64,000 bases of DNA from Scyliorhinus canicula (GCF_902713615.1 NC_052162.1:125574653-125638652), one strand, 5' to 3'; counted from the first letter of the stretch, positions 46,660-60,399 are shown. Program-made: numbers and translations. Notes: generated from the sequence alone by a model not told the origin.

Positions 46660-49628
46660 GCATGGGAACCTGGAGATTAGTTTTGGGGTACGGGAGATTG
46701 AGAGTATAGAGGTCAGGAGCACAGATTTGACTTCGCAGGAGGGTGCCAGTGTTCAGGTAGGTGGTTTGAAGTGTGTCTACTTCAATGCCAGGAGTATACG
46801 AAATAAGGTAGGGGAACTGGCAGCATGGGTGGGTACCTGGGACTTCGACGTTGTGGCCATTTCAGAGACATGGATAGAGCAGGGACAGGAATGGTTGTTG
46901 CAGGTTCCGGGGTTTAGGTGTTTTAGTAAGCTCAGAGAAGGGGGCAAAAGAGGGGGAGGTGTGGCGCTGCTAGTCAAGGACAGTATTACGGTGGCGGAAA
47001 GGATGCTAGATGGGGACTCTTATTCTGAGGTAGTATGGGCTGAGGTTAGAAACAGGAAAGGAGAGGTCACCCTGTTGGGAGTTTTCTATAGGCCACCGTA
47101 ATAGTTCTAGGGATGTAGAGGAAAGGATGGCGAAGATGATTCTGGAAAAGAGCGAAAGTAACAGGGTAGTTGTTATGGGAGACTTTAACTTTCCAAATAT
47201 TGACTGGAAAAGATATAGTTCGAGTACATTAGATGGGTCATTCTTTGTACAATGTGTGCAGGAGGGTTTCCTGACACAATATGTTGACAGGCCAACAAGA
47301 GGCGAGGCCACATTGGATTTGGTTTTGGGTAATGAACCAGGCCAGGTGTTAGATCTGGAGGTAGGTGAGCACTTTGGAAACAGTGACCACAATTCGGTGA
47401 CCTTTACGTTAGTGATGGAAAGGGATAAGTATACCCCGCAGGGCAAGAGTTATAGCTGGGGGAAGGGCAATTATGATGCCATTAGACATGACTTAGGATG
47501 TGTTGGTTGGAGAAGTAGGCTGCAAGGGTTGGGCACACTGGATATGTGGAGCTTGTTCAAGGAACAGCTATTGCATGTTCTTGATAAGTACGTACCAGTC
47601 AGGCAGGGAGGAAGGGGTCGAGCGAGGGAACCGTGGTTTACCAAAGAAGTGGAATCTCTTGTTAAGAGGAAGAAGGAGGCCTATGTGATGATGAGGCGTG
47701 AAGTTTCAGTTGGGGCGCTTGATAGTTACAAGGAAACGAGGAAGGATCTAAAGAGAGAGCTGAGATGAGCAAGGAGGGGACATGAGAAGTCTTTGGCAGG
47801 TAGGATCAAGGAAAACCCAAAAGCTTTCTATAGGTATGTCAGGAATAAAAGAATGACTAGGGTAAGAGTAGGGCCAGTCAAGGACAGTGGTGGGAAGTTG
47901 TGTGTGGAGGCTGAGGAAATAAGCGAGATACTAAATGAATACTTTTCGTCAGTATTCACTCAAGAAAAAGATAATATTGTGGAGGAGAATGCTGAGACCC
48001 AGGCTATTAGAATAGATGGCATTGAGGTGCGTAGGGAAGAAGTGTTGGCAATTCTGGACAAGGTGAAAATAGATAAGTCCCCTGGGGCCAGATGGGATTT
48101 ATCCTAGGATTCTCTGGGAAGCCAGGGAAGAGATTGCTGAGCCTTTGGCTTTGATTTTTAGGTCATCATTGGCTACAGGAATAGTGCCAGAGGACTGGAG
48201 GATAGCAAATGTGGTCCCTTTGTTCAAGAAGGGGAGTAGAGATAACCCCGGTAACTATAGGCCGGTGAGCCTAACGTCTGTGGTGGGTAAAGTCTTGGAG
48301 AGGATTATAAAAGATACGATTTATAATCATCTAGATAGGAATAATATGATTAGGGACAGTCAGCATGGTTTTGTGAAGGGTAGGTCATGCCTCACAAACC
48401 TTATCGAGTTCTTTGAGAAGGTGACTGAACAGGTAGACGAGGGTAGAGCAGTTGATGTGGTGTATATGGATTTCAGTAATGCGTTTGATAAGGTTCCCCA
48501 CGGTCGGCTATTGCAGAAAATACGGAGGCTGGGGATTGAGGGTGATTTAGAGATGTGGATCAGAAATTGGCTAGTTGAAAGAAGACAGAGAGTGGTAGTT
48601 GATGGGAAATGTTCAGAATGGAGTTCAGTTACGAGTGGCGTACCACAAGGATCTGTTCTGGGGCCGTTGCTGTTTGTCATTTTTATAAATGACCTAGAGG
48701 AGGGCGCAGAAGGATGGGTGAGTAAATTTGCAGACGACACTAAAGTCGGTGGAGTTGTAGACAGTGCGGAAGGATGTTGCAGGTTACAGAGGGACATAGA
48801 TAAGCTGCAGAGCTGGGCTGAGAGGTGGCAAATGGAGTTTAATGTGGAGAAGTGTGAGGTGATTCACTTTGGAAAGAATAACAGGAATGCGGAATATTTG
48901 GCTAATGGTAAAATTCTTGGTAGTGTGGATGAGCAGAGGGATCGCGGTGTCCATGTACATAGATCCCTGAAAGTTGCCACCCAGGTTGATAGGGTTGTGA
49001 AGAAGGCCTATGGTGTGTTGGCCTTTATTGGTAGAGGGATTGAGTTCCGGAGCCATGAGGTCATGTTGCAGTTGTACAAAACTCTAGTACGGCCGCATTT
49101 GGAGTATTGCGTACAGTTCTGGTCGCCTCATTATAGGAAGGACGTGGAAGCTTTGGAACGGGTGCAGAGGAGATTTACCAGGATGTTGTCTGGTATGGAG
49201 GGAAAATCTTATGAGGAAAGGCTGATGGACTTGAGGTTGTTTTCGTTAGAGAGAAGAAGGTTAAGAGGTGACTTAATAGAGGCATACAAAATGATCAGAG
49301 GGTTAGATAGGGTGGACAGCGAGAGCCTTCTCCCGCGGATGGGGGTGGCTAGCACGAGGGGACATAGCCTTAAATTGAGGGGTAATAGATATAGGACAGA
49401 GGTCAGAGGTGGGTTTTTTACGCAAAGAGTGGTGAGGCCGTGGAATGCCCTACCTGCAACAGTAGTGAACTCGCCAACATTGAGGGCATTTAAAAGTTTA
49501 TTGGATAAGCATATGGATGATAAGGGCATAGTGTAGGTTAGATGGCCTTTAGTTTTTTTTTCCATGTCGGTGCAACATCGAGGGCCGAAGGGCCTGTACT
49601 GCGCTGTATCGTTCTATGTTCTATGTTT
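46660..49628 (+). mobile_element. Young CR1 LINE, nearly complete ORF2 (EN+RT) with two stops and one frameshift
   Basis: Consecutive ORFs 46727-47101, 47127-47768, 47793-48107 and 48145-49536 with YFNARSIRNK, GDFN, SDH and KFADDTK motifs, ending in a (TTCTATG)n tail. Confidence 0.95.
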
Positions 49629-50499
49629 GTATGTTGCAGTAAAAGTCATAATCTTGAAGTTTTTGTCTTATGATTCTTTAGTTTGTTCACTGGGTTTAGA
49701 ATTTATATTTTGAAGTTACTGATCTTTTCAGAGACCTTAAACAGTTGGTTTAGAGCCACAAGTTTCAACTTTCCATTTAAGCCTCAGGCAACTTGCTGTC
49801 TCCCTGTTGCTCATGTCAATGACAGCCCAGTAACAGAGCTGAGGGCTGGAGATGCTGTGACCCCTTGTCAGAGCTGGAATCAGAAAGAAGAACCATCGTT
49901 TCTAGTTCAGCTTTGTGTTATCTGTCCGACCATGATGACCATATATAAATAGTTAACCAGCTAATATGCTGTGATGAGGGTTTAGAAACAGACCCTGGGT
50001 AGACGGGTTCACTGAAGCTGTGGGCTTGTCAGCTGTACAGTGAAACCAGGCATCCAACAGCAGAGACCTCTAATATTGGACACTTGTTTAACCCTGTTCT
50101 GTATTAAACAAACTTATCTGATACTGGGGTTGTTATAATTAATCTGATCCTTAATTCATTTGATTCCAAAAGTGAATAACATTGATTTAAGTACAGTGAT
50201 TATTCTGTTAATCTGTGAACAAAGTAATGTCAGTTCATGCAGATCTGTGTCTGAATTCAATTTCATTACTTATTTTTGTTACTGACGAGGGTCTCTCCCA
50301 CTCTCTCTCTCCTCTCCCCTTTCTCCTGCCTCTCTGTCTCTGACGCTCCTCTCTCTGGTGCCTATCTCTCCCTCTGCTGCTTCTTTTGCCGTCTGTCTCT
50401 CCGTTCTCTCTCTCCTGCCTCAGTCTCTGGTGCTCCTCTCTTCTCTTTGGTGCCACTCTCTCTCAACTGCCTCTCTCTCTTCAATGCTTAGAAAGGCAG

Positions 50500-50800
50500 G
50501 TGGGGGCAGAACGATGGCACAGTGATTAGCATTGTTGCCTCACGGAGCCGATGTTCCAGGTTTGATCCCGGCTCTGGGTCACTGTCTGTGTGGAGTTTGT
50601 ACATGAAATGAAACTGAAAAATGAAATTAAATGAAAATGAAAACGAAAAATGAAACAAAATTAAATTAAATTCACCCTTGTTTGCGTGGGTTTTGACCCC
50701 ACAACCCAAAGATGCGCAGGGTAGATGGATTGGCCACAATAAATTGCCCCTTAATTGGAAAAAAGTAATTGGTTACTCTACATTTATTCTTAAAAAAAGG
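50500..50800 (+). mobile_element. V-SINE containing an (AAATG/AAATT)n microsatellite
   Basis: V-domain interrupted at 50603-50672. Confidence 0.75.
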
Positions 50801-51124
50801 AAGGCAGGTGGGATTGTTCCCTTTGCTAGCTGAGTGCCGAGAATATAAGAACAGGGAGATTGTGCTGGAACTGCTTCAAACACCAGTTAGACCACAGCCA
50901 GAGCACTGTGGACAGTTCTGGTCACCACATTACAGGAAGGCTGTGATCACACGGGAGAGGCTGCAGAGGGGATTCATGATGATGTTACCCAGGATGGAGA
51001 ATTTTAACTATGAGGAAAGATTGGAGAGGCTGGGGTTGTTCTCATTGGAACAGTGGAGGCTGAGGGGAGATTGAATTGAGTTGTGTGTAATTCTGAGGGG
51101 CTCAGATAGAGTGAATATTTCCCT

Positions 51125-51385
51125 CAGCAGAGTCCAGCCCCTGCAGTCAAACATGAAGTGGCTGGTGTATCAGGAAGTGGGATGGGTGAGTGACTCTCTA
51201 TCCGCACAGAGAACATGTAAACAGCAGCTCCCCAGTTTGAACTCGCTGGTGTGTCAACAGGCTGGAGGATTGGCTGAATTCCATCCCACTCCTGGAACAT
51301 TTTTCAATGTCCTCTCCCCAGGGCCAGCAGGCTGCCGACTGAGAGAAGCTCTGTCCACAGACAGAGCAGATGAATGGCCTGTCAT
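51125..51385 (-). pseudogene. Degenerate C2H2 finger remnant
   Basis: Minus strand shows RPFICSVCGQSFSQS and HQRVQTGE remnants with indels. Confidence 0.6.
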
Positions 51386-51427
51386 TAATATGTTGATGCT
51401 GGTGTCATATTGATATTGTTCATTCCG

Positions 51428-52830
51428 GGGACTTCCGGTGACAACATGTCGGTGGATGTCACACGTTAGGTAGCTCCTGCGAGAGTCTCGGCGGATCTTT
51501 GGACTTTTATGCCCGGTTTAGGGAGTTTTTAGATGAGTTGTTGAGGGACATCATAAGGAGGCTGACGAAGTCCCAGAGGAAAGGTGCTGGAAAGAAGGGG
51601 GTGAGCGAAGGTCCGCCGGTGAGTGCTGCTATGAGTCCTGCAGGAAGGAAGATGGCGGGGGCTGGGTCGCCGGGTGGGGCCGCTCCCCTCACCGGGGAAA
51701 CTCTGACTGAGGTGATGTCAGAGCTTCAGACATAAGTAGATTTTACCCCTTTGAACTGAATTGCCCATATTCCTCTCGGAGGTCTGTTCTATTCTCTGAG
51801 CCATCACCCATTTGTCCCGGTTGATCCTCAGTCGTTGCTGAAACAGAATCTTCGATGCTTGGTTCTTATACTCCTTCTGACCCGTGTCCCAGACAGGTCA
51901 AATTTACTCTACTTCGAACTGTCAAATGACATCTTTCTTCTAACCACAAGCCATTCGTCAGACATTGTGATTAAAGGTGTCAACTCAGGCTCTGCTCGGC
52001 ATTTCATCGGGTGGTTTGGGAGGCTCTGAAAGCGGTGGTGAAGAGGGAGGTGATCCTGTTTTAAGGACAAGGTGGATAGGAAGGAGAGGGAGGAACGGCA
52101 ACAACTGATCGAAGAGATTTTCGAGGTGGATGGGAGGTAGGTGGGGACACGGACCCAGGGCTCCTGGCAGAGGACGGAGTTGCAGGCGAGGTTTAACCTA
52201 TTGAAAGTGAAAGTGAAAATCACTTATTGTCACGAGTAAGCTTCAATGAAGTTACTGTGAAAAGCCCCTAGTCGCCACATTCCGGCGCCTGTTCGGGGAG
52301 GCTGGTACAGGTGGTACCTGCTATCATCCACAGGGAAAGTGGTGCATCAGCTGAGAAGGGTGAGTGGGGCTGTCTGAGTATGCGGGGGAAGGCAGAGTGT
52401 AGGTCAGCTACGTAGGGAGGCCTCAAGCAAGGGAGAGTTTAGTTGCGGCACAGGGTGGAGGAGTTGGTGGTGGCTCCGGAACAGATTAATAAGGTGTTTG
52501 AGGAGTTCTACTGGGACTTGTATAAGTCGGAGCCACCAGAGGAGGAGTGGGAGCTGATGGAGTTTCTGGGTGGGTTTGAGTGCCCGAGATTGAGGGGGGT
52601 GGAGAGGGCAGGGTTGGAGGAGCCGATGGGGGTGGGGGAGGTGAAGGTGGTGATTGGGAGGATACAGGCAGGCAAGGCAGCGGGGCCAGATAGGTTCCCA
52701 GTTGAATTTTATAAAAGACTTAAGGATAGGCTGGCGCTTTTGATGGTTAATGTTCAAGGACGCAATGAAAGTGTTGCCTTGCCACAAACGATGGGGCAGG
52801 CGTCCACTTTCTTGTTGCTTCAGAAGGGCA
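51428..52830 (+). mobile_element. L1-clade fragments (5' end/ORF1 start, ORF2 pieces)
   Basis: GACTTCCGG start and a GKAAGPDRFPVEFYK motif. Confidence 0.7.
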
Positions 52831-52835
52831 AAGAT

Positions 52836-55800
52836 GACTTCCGTTGGTGGCCATGGAGTGAGAGGTTGCTTATTTGGTAGCTCCCGCTCGTGTTGGACTT
52901 TTGGGACCTTTTCCCCCAACTTATTGGGGATTTGATCGGCAAAGTTGGAGACTGGTGAGGTAGAGGAGAAGAATCCCCCACCAGTTTATGGAGTCGTGGA
53001 CCAAAAGTGGTCTGAAAAGGAGACATTGTTGGGCAAAGAAGGTAGTGAAGACTGCCCAGGAAAACATGGCGGAGGCTCAGGGACTGGGATTGCCGGCCCA
53101 GTGGTCAACGGAGCAGCTGGTGAAATTCCTTCAGCAGAGCTTCGCCAAGCAAAGACAAGAGGATCTGGACCCGATTAAGCCGGGGATTGACCGGGTGGAG
53201 CAAAGATTGGAAGCCCAGGGACAGGCAATCCAGAAGGTGGAAGAGGCGGTGGCTGAGCACGAGGACCAGCTAACCGCGATGGCAGTGGAGCTGATGAGGG
53301 ACCATCAGAAAAGGCTGCAAGAGAAGGTGGAGGATCTGGAGAACAGTCACGCAGGTAGAACCTGAGGATCGTTGGCCTCTCGGAGGGCATTGAGGGATCG
53401 GACGCAGGGGCAAACGTGGCGGGTATGTTCGAGAATCTGCTGGGGGAAGGTTTACTCGACCCTTGGAGGTGGACAGGATGCACAGAGTGCTTGCAAGGAA
53501 GCCACGGATGAATGAGGCGCCAAGGGCGATGGTGGTACGAATGCCCCGGTTCCTGGATAAGGAACAGATCTTGAGGTGGGCCAGGCAGCCGAGCTGCGGT
53601 AAATGGGAAAATAACAAACTGCATTTACCAGGACTTGGGTGCAGAACTGGCCAAAAGAAGGTCGAGCTTCAACAAAGTTATAACGACCCTCTTTAAGAAA
53701 GGGGTGAAGTTCGGCATGTTGTAACCAGCTCGTTTATGGGTTACTTATGAAGGGCAAGAACTTTATTTTGGATCGCTGGATGAGGCGAAGAACTTTGTTA
53801 AGGACAGGGGACTGGCAGGTGATGGAGGACATTGAACTTGGGGGCGAGTAATTCTGTACCTATGCTGCTAAATTTATTTTCATTATGGGCTGTGTATGTC
53901 GTGTTTTCGTACCAATTTTTGGGCCGTTGTTCAGTTTTGTTGCGGGTTAACTTTGTTCCTGTGGGGGGGATGGTGGGTGGAATTTTATTCTTTGTGTTTG
54001 TTGGGAATTGTTATGTTTTGCATCTGTCTGTTCGAGCGGGGGGGGGGGGGGGGGGGGGGCGGGGGGGAGGCTGCCTGGCGTGATGGGCGGGGGTTCCCAG
54101 GCTAGCTGGGTGGGCTGGCTCAGTGGGGGCCGAGCAGGTGACTAGTTTGGTATAGGGGGGGTGGGGGTTGGGATTGCTGTTTGTTAGTGTGGGGGGTGGG
54201 GGGTGGGGGGAGGAAATTGTTCTGCTGACAGGGGAGGGACTGGTGTTGGGAAACAAATTGGAGGCCGATGACGGTGGGCACCCGAGGGCGGGCCTGAGGA
54301 GGCGGGGACGCAGGCTGGAGGCTGGCCGAGGAAGGGTGATGGTTGATCGGCAGTGGGGAGGGAGCAGGGGGGGGGGGTGCCCCCCGACCAGGCTGATCAC
54401 ATGGAATATGGAACGTGAGAGGTGCTGACTGGGCCGGTCAAGAGGGCTCGTGTGTTCGTGCATTTGAAGAGGTTGAAGGCGGACGTGGCAATGTTACAAG
54501 AGACACACCTGAGGGTAGTGGATCAGACTTGGCTGAGGAACGGGTGGGTCGGGCAGATATTTCATTCAGGGCTCGACTCTAAAACTAGGGGGGTTGCGAT
54601 CTTTTTTTAAATATAAATTTTGAGTTCCCAATTAATTATTCTCCAATTAAGGGGTAATTTAGTGCGGCCAATCCACCTAACCTGCACATCTTTGGGTTGT
54701 GGGAGTGAAACCCACGCAGACATGGGGAGAAAGTGCAAACCCCACATGGACAGTGACCCTGGGCCGGGATTCAAACCCGGGTCCTCAGCGCCGCAGTCCC
54801 AGTGCTAACCACTGTGCCACATGCCGCCCCTCAGGGGGTTGCGATCTTGATTAATAAGCGGGTGTTATTTGAGGCAGGGAATATAGTGGCGGACTCAGGG
54901 AGTAGGAATATCTGGTGAGTGGGAAGCTGGAGGGGATGCCGGTGGTATGAGTGAATACTCACGCACCAAATTGGGACGACGCGGAGTTTATGAGGTGGGT
55001 GTTGGGGCAGATTCCGGACCTGGATTCGCACAAGCTGATCATGGGGGGATGGGGGACACTTCAATACGGTTAGAGATCAGAGGTTGGATCAGTTGAGTTC
55101 AAGGACAGGGAGGGTGCGAGCTGCGGGAAAGGAGCTAAAGAGGTTTATGGAACAGATGGGGAGAGGGGGGGTGGGGGGGGGGGGGGGGGGTGACCTGTGG
55201 AGGTTTGGACGGCCAAGAGCAAAGGAGTTTTCTTTTTTTCCCCCACGTGCACAAAGTGTATTCCTGGATTGATTTTTTTCATTTTGAACAAGGCTTTGCT
55301 GGCGGGGGTGGTGGATACCGAGTATGCGGCGATTGTTGTGTCGCACCCTGCCCCCACACTGGGTGGATCTACGGGTGAGCAAGGAGTAGGGTCAGCGACT
55401 GCAATGGAGATTGGATGTAGGACTGTTGGAGGACGAGGGGGTGTGCTGGCAGGTGAGGGAGGCCATCCAGAATTATTTGGAGATAAATGACACGGGAGGT
55501 TCCGGCAGCAACGGTTTGGGAAGCGCTGAAGGCGGTGGGTAGGGGGGAGCTAATTTGGATACGGGCTTATAGGGAGAAGGTGTAGCTGGTAGAGATGAAT
55601 AGGCTGGTTAGGGAAATACTCCAGGTGGACAGAAGGTATTCTGAAGCCCTGGAGACAGGGTTCTTGAAGGAGCAGCAGAAGCTGCAGATGGAGTTTGGTC
55701 TGTTACCCACAGGGGAGGCGGTGGGGCAGCTGAGGAAGGCGGTTTATGAGTATGGGGAGAAGGCCAGTATGATGCTAGCACACCAGCTAAAGAAGAGGGA

Positions 55801-58245
55801 GGTGGCCAGGGAGATAGGAAGAGTGAAGGACAGAGGGGGGAACACGATCTTGGACCCAGCGGGATGAATGGGGTGTGTAAGGAGTTTTATAGTCGGCTGT
55901 GTGAGTCGGAACCCCCAGCTGGGGTGGAGGGGATTCGGTAGTTTTTGGAAGGGTTGGAGTTTTCGAAGGTGGAGGAAGGGTTAGTTGAGACCGTGCAGTG
56001 GAACACAGGGTCATTATATGCAGACGACCTACTCCTATACATTTCTGCCCCATTAGGGGGGATGGCGGAGATTATGCGGATCTTAGGGGAATTTGGCCGG
56101 TTCTTGGGGTACAAATTGAAGATGGGTAAGAGCGAGGTTTTTGTGATCCAGGCGAGCGGGCAGGAGAGGAAACTGGGGGAACTGCCGTTTAAAATGTGGG
56201 AGAGAGTTTCCGTTACTTGGGAATTCAGGTGGCACGGGGATGGGAGCAGTGACATCAATTAAATTTGACCCCGTTAGTCGAACAACGAAGGAGGACTTTC
56301 GGAGATGGGACATGCTCCCGTTGTCACTGGGAGGGTACAGACCGTAAAAATGACGGTCCTCCCAGGATTTCTGTTTGTTTTCCAGTGCCTCCCTATTTTT
56401 ATACCAAAGGCCTTTTTTAAGCGGGTGAACAGGGTGATTTCTGGTTATGTGTGGGCGGGTAAAACCCCGCGAGTAAAGAAGGTGCTGTTAGAGCAGAGCC
56501 GGGGGGGGGGGGGGGGGGGGGGGGGCTGTTAGAGCGGAGCCGGAGGGGGGAGGGGGGCTGTTAGAGCGGAGCCGGGGGGGGGGGGGGCTGTTAGAGCGGA
56601 GCGGGGGGGGGCCTGTTCGAGCGCAGCTGGGGGGGGAGGGGCTGTTAGAGCGGAGCCGGGGGGGCTGTTAGAGCGGGGGGGGGGGAGGGGCTGTTAGAGC
56701 AGAGCCGGGGGGGGGGGGGGGGGTGCTGCTAGAGCGGAGCGGGGGGGGCTGTTAGAGCGGAGCCGGGGCGGGTGGGGGCGGGGGGCTGTTAGAGCGGAGC
56801 CGGGGGGGGGGGGCGCTGCCCACCTTTAATAACTACTACTGGGTGGCAAATACAGCCGTGATCAGGAAGTGGGTAGCAGGGGAAAGGTCAGTGTGGGAGC
56901 GGGTAGAGGCGGAATCATGTAAGGGCACAACTTTGGGGGCATTGGTAATGGCTCCTCTGCCGTTCTCCCCAGCCCAGTACTTCACAAGCCCAGTGGTAGT
57001 GGCGGCTCTGAGAGTTTGGGGGCATTGGTGACGGCTCCTCTGCCGTTCTCCCCAGCCCGGTACTTCACAAGCCCAGTGGTAGTGGCGGCTCTGAGAGTTT
57101 GGGGGCAGTGTCGGAAGCATACGGGAGTGGAGGGAGTGTTGGTGTGGGCTCCAATTTGTGGAACCACTGGTTTGTCCCGGGGAGGCCGGATGGGGGGCTT
57201 CGGAGGTGGCAGAGAGCAGGGATTGAGAGGCTGGGGGATCGAGTTATTGATGGGAGCATTCCATGTTTCGAGGATTTGGTGGAGGAGGAGTTGCCGCGAG
57301 GGAATGGGTTTCGATATCTGCAGATAAGGGATTTTGTGCTAAGGCAGGTTTCGACCTTTCCGCTTCTACCGCCACAGGGGATACAGGACAAGGTAGTTTC
57401 TGGAACGGGGGAGGGGGAGGGGGGAGGTTTCGGAAATTTACAAAGAATTTATCGAGTGGGAGGAAACCCAGTTAGGTGAGCTAAAGGGTAAATGGGAAGA
57501 TGAGTTGTGAGGGGAGGTAGAGGCAGGTCTGTGGGAGGATGCTCTGAACAGAGTCAACACGTCCTCACCATGTGCCAGGCTCAGCCTGATACAATTCAAG
57601 GTGGTTCACCGGGCACACATGACGGTGTCCCGGATGAGCAAGTTGTTTGGGATAGAGGATAGTGTGTGAAGTGAGCAGGAGGGCCTGCAAACCATGACCA
57701 CATGTTTTGGGCATTCCCGAAGCTTAGGGGACACTGGCAGGGATTTGCGGATGTCATATCCATTGTGCTAAAAACAAGGGTGGCGCCGAGTCCAGAGGTG
57801 GCGATTTTTGGAGTTTCGGAAGATCCAGGAGTTCAGGGGGCGAGAGAGGCTGACGTCTTGGCCTTTGTCTCCTTGGTAGCCCGGAGATGGCTATTGTTAG
57901 CATGGAGGGGCTCGAAGCCCCCAAAATCAGGGGTGTGGGTTAGCGACATAGCCGGGTTTCTTAGACTTGAGAAAATTAAGTTCGCCCTGAGAGGATCAAC
58001 GTTAGGGTTCGTTCGCAGGTGGCAGCCGTTTATCGACTTCTTCAGAGAAAACTAAACTTTCAGCAGAGGCAATAAAGGGGGGGGGGGGGGGTGATGGGAT
58101 AGGGGGGAGTTCGGCTATTTTGTGTCTAGAGTAGGTGGGAGCAGTGGGAGATGGAGGGATGTTTACGCACTGAACTATGTTTACATTTGTATTTGTATCG
58201 CTTATTGTTATAAAAGCATAAATGCCTCAACAAAATTTTTTTTTA
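52836..58245 (+). mobile_element. Decayed near-full-length L1-clade LINE (ORF1, EN, internally deleted RT, C-terminus)
   Basis: ORF1 coiled-coil with EDLENS motif, then ITWN, MLQETHL, YADDLLLY and HMFWAFPKL. SINE at 54605-54830 with ~16-bp TSD GGGGGTTGCGATCTT. Confidence 0.85.
56484..56815. repeat. G-rich minisatellite GCTGTTAGAGCGGAGCC(G)n inside L1 ORF2
   Basis: About 11 units visible. Confidence 0.9.
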
Positions 58246-58249
58246 AAAA

Positions 58250-58680
58250 CTTTGCCCCTCGCACCTTAAACCTATGTCACCTGGTAATTGACTTTTCCAA
58301 CCTGGGAAAAAGCTTCTGACTATCCACTCTGTCTGTGCCACTCATAACTTTGTAAACTTTGATCAGGTCGTCCCTCAACCTCTGTCGCTCAAGTGAAAAC
58401 AATCCGAGTTTATCCAACCTCCCCTCATAGCTAATACCCTCCAGGCCAGGGAACATCCTGGTAAACCGCCTCTGTACTCTCTCCAAAGCCTCCACATCCT
58501 TTTGGTAATGTGGTGACCAGAATTGTCGGCAATATTCCATGTGTGGCCTAACTAAGGTTCTGTACAGCTGCAGCATGACTGGCCAATTTTTATACTCAAT
58601 GCCCCGACCAATGAAGACAAGCATGCCGTCTGCCTTCTTAGCGACCTTATCCACCTGCATTGCCACTTTCAGTGATATGT
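58250..58680 (-). mobile_element. CR1 fragment
   Basis: ORF 58277-58753 carries CR1 C-terminal motifs. Confidence 0.85.
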
Positions 58681-59067
58681 TTATTGTAATTTCCCAATCT
58701 ACCACAGACAACTTGCCCCTCAAACCACGACAGTTTCCTTCTGCGAGAAACACCCAGATAAATGAGACAAAAGAACCCTGTAACCACCATAGCCCATCTT
58801 CATGGCAATGTGGCTGCTTTGGGAACTAAATATCTTCCAACATGCAAACACCTTTTCATTCTGTGCTCCTCGTCAAACTTGGAGCCAGGTAATCGCAACG
58901 AGGCTCAGAAATGGTCAGCCCACCGGAGGCAGAGGTGTTAGACCGGCCAGTCCAGCAGAAAGAAACCCTCCAATCATCACCATTCACCAGATGTCAGAAT
59001 GAACAAAATGCAGTCCTGGATGTCAGTGAGAGCAGAAACAATAACAACGGAGCCAACATCTGGAATT

Positions 59068-59740
59068 TATTGTGAACTTGTTGCAGTCACAACAGGTGCG
59101 ATGAATCACAAAACCCCTCCCCACATTGAGAGCAGATGAATGGTCTCTCCCCAGAATTAACTCGCTAGTGTCTCCGTAGTTGGGACGGATCACTGAATGT
59201 CTCCCCTGCTCAGAGCAGGTGAATGGCCTCGTCCAGGTGTGAACTCGCTAGTGTTCCCGCAGGCTGTATGGATATCTGAATCACTTCTCTCACTAAGAGC
59301 AGGTTAACGCCTTCTCCCCAGTATGAACTCGCTGGTGTGTCCGCAGGTTGGATAACTGAGCGAATCCCTTCTCACACTGAGAGCAGGTGAACGGCCTCTC
59401 CCCAGTGTGAACCCGCTGGTGTATCCGCAGGTCGGATGAGTGAGTGAATCCCTTTCTCACACTGAGAGCAGGTGAACGGCCTCTCCCCAGTGTGAACTCG
59501 CTGGTGTATCCGCAGGTCGGATGAGTGAGTGAATCCCTTCCCACACTGAGAGCAGGTGAACGGACTCTCCTCAGAGTGAATTCGCTGGTGTTTCGACAGG
59601 CTGGATAACTGAATGAATCCCTTCCTACACAAAGTGCAGGTGAACGGCCTCTCCCCAGTGTGACTGCGCCGATGAACTTCCAACTAAGATGGGGTCCTGA
59701 ATCCCTTCCCACAGTCTCCACATTTCCATGGTTTCTCCAT
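59068..59740 (-). pseudogene. C2H2 ZNF pseudogene E (~8 fingers)
   Basis: ATG at 59740 (MEKPWKC), TAG in finger 1, a frameshift at ~59452 and several further stops. Confidence 0.9.
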
Positions 59741-60399
59741 GTTTTGGGTCTCCTCTTGTCTCTCCAGGTTGGACAATCAGTTACAGAACACGTGTACGGT
59801 CTCTCCCCGCTGTGAATGGTGTGATGTTTTTTCAGGCTGTGTAACTGGTTAAAGCTCTTTCCACAGTCAGTGCTCTGGAACACTCTCACTCGGGTGTGTG
59901 TGTCTCGGTGCTTTTCCAGTCACACTGATGGTTAAAATCTTTTGAATCCGACAGAAAAGACAAACATTTCTCCTTCCAGATTCAAAGGCCGGTGATATTC
60001 AGTTCCAGGGAATTGAGAGACTGTCTGTAATTCCTCTGCTTCTAATACCCTGTAAAAACAATTTACAAAAGACATCACTGTCAGTACAGGATAGAAATTC
60101 AGAACAGACAATTGTAGTTTCTCTGAAACATTCTTTCCTCTCTCATTCCCCAAAAGGTGTAAATCTCCATCCCACACACTCTCCCTCCATTCTCACTCTG
60201 CTGTATCTAATATTCACCCTCCCAATTCTCCTGAAGGTGCTGATTCAGGCTGATTGACAGATCCATGATCACTGTTTTCTGTCCTGGAAACAAGAGATCA
60301 TAACAAATAGGATCTGCAGTTGGCCATTCAGCCCATCAAGCCTGCTTGTCTATTCTGTGGGATCATTGGCCGATCGATGTCAGCGACATTCTCTGTGTT

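Noticed and set aside
50235-50491. Arg/Glu-rich ORF
   Set aside because: CT-rich low-complexity tract.
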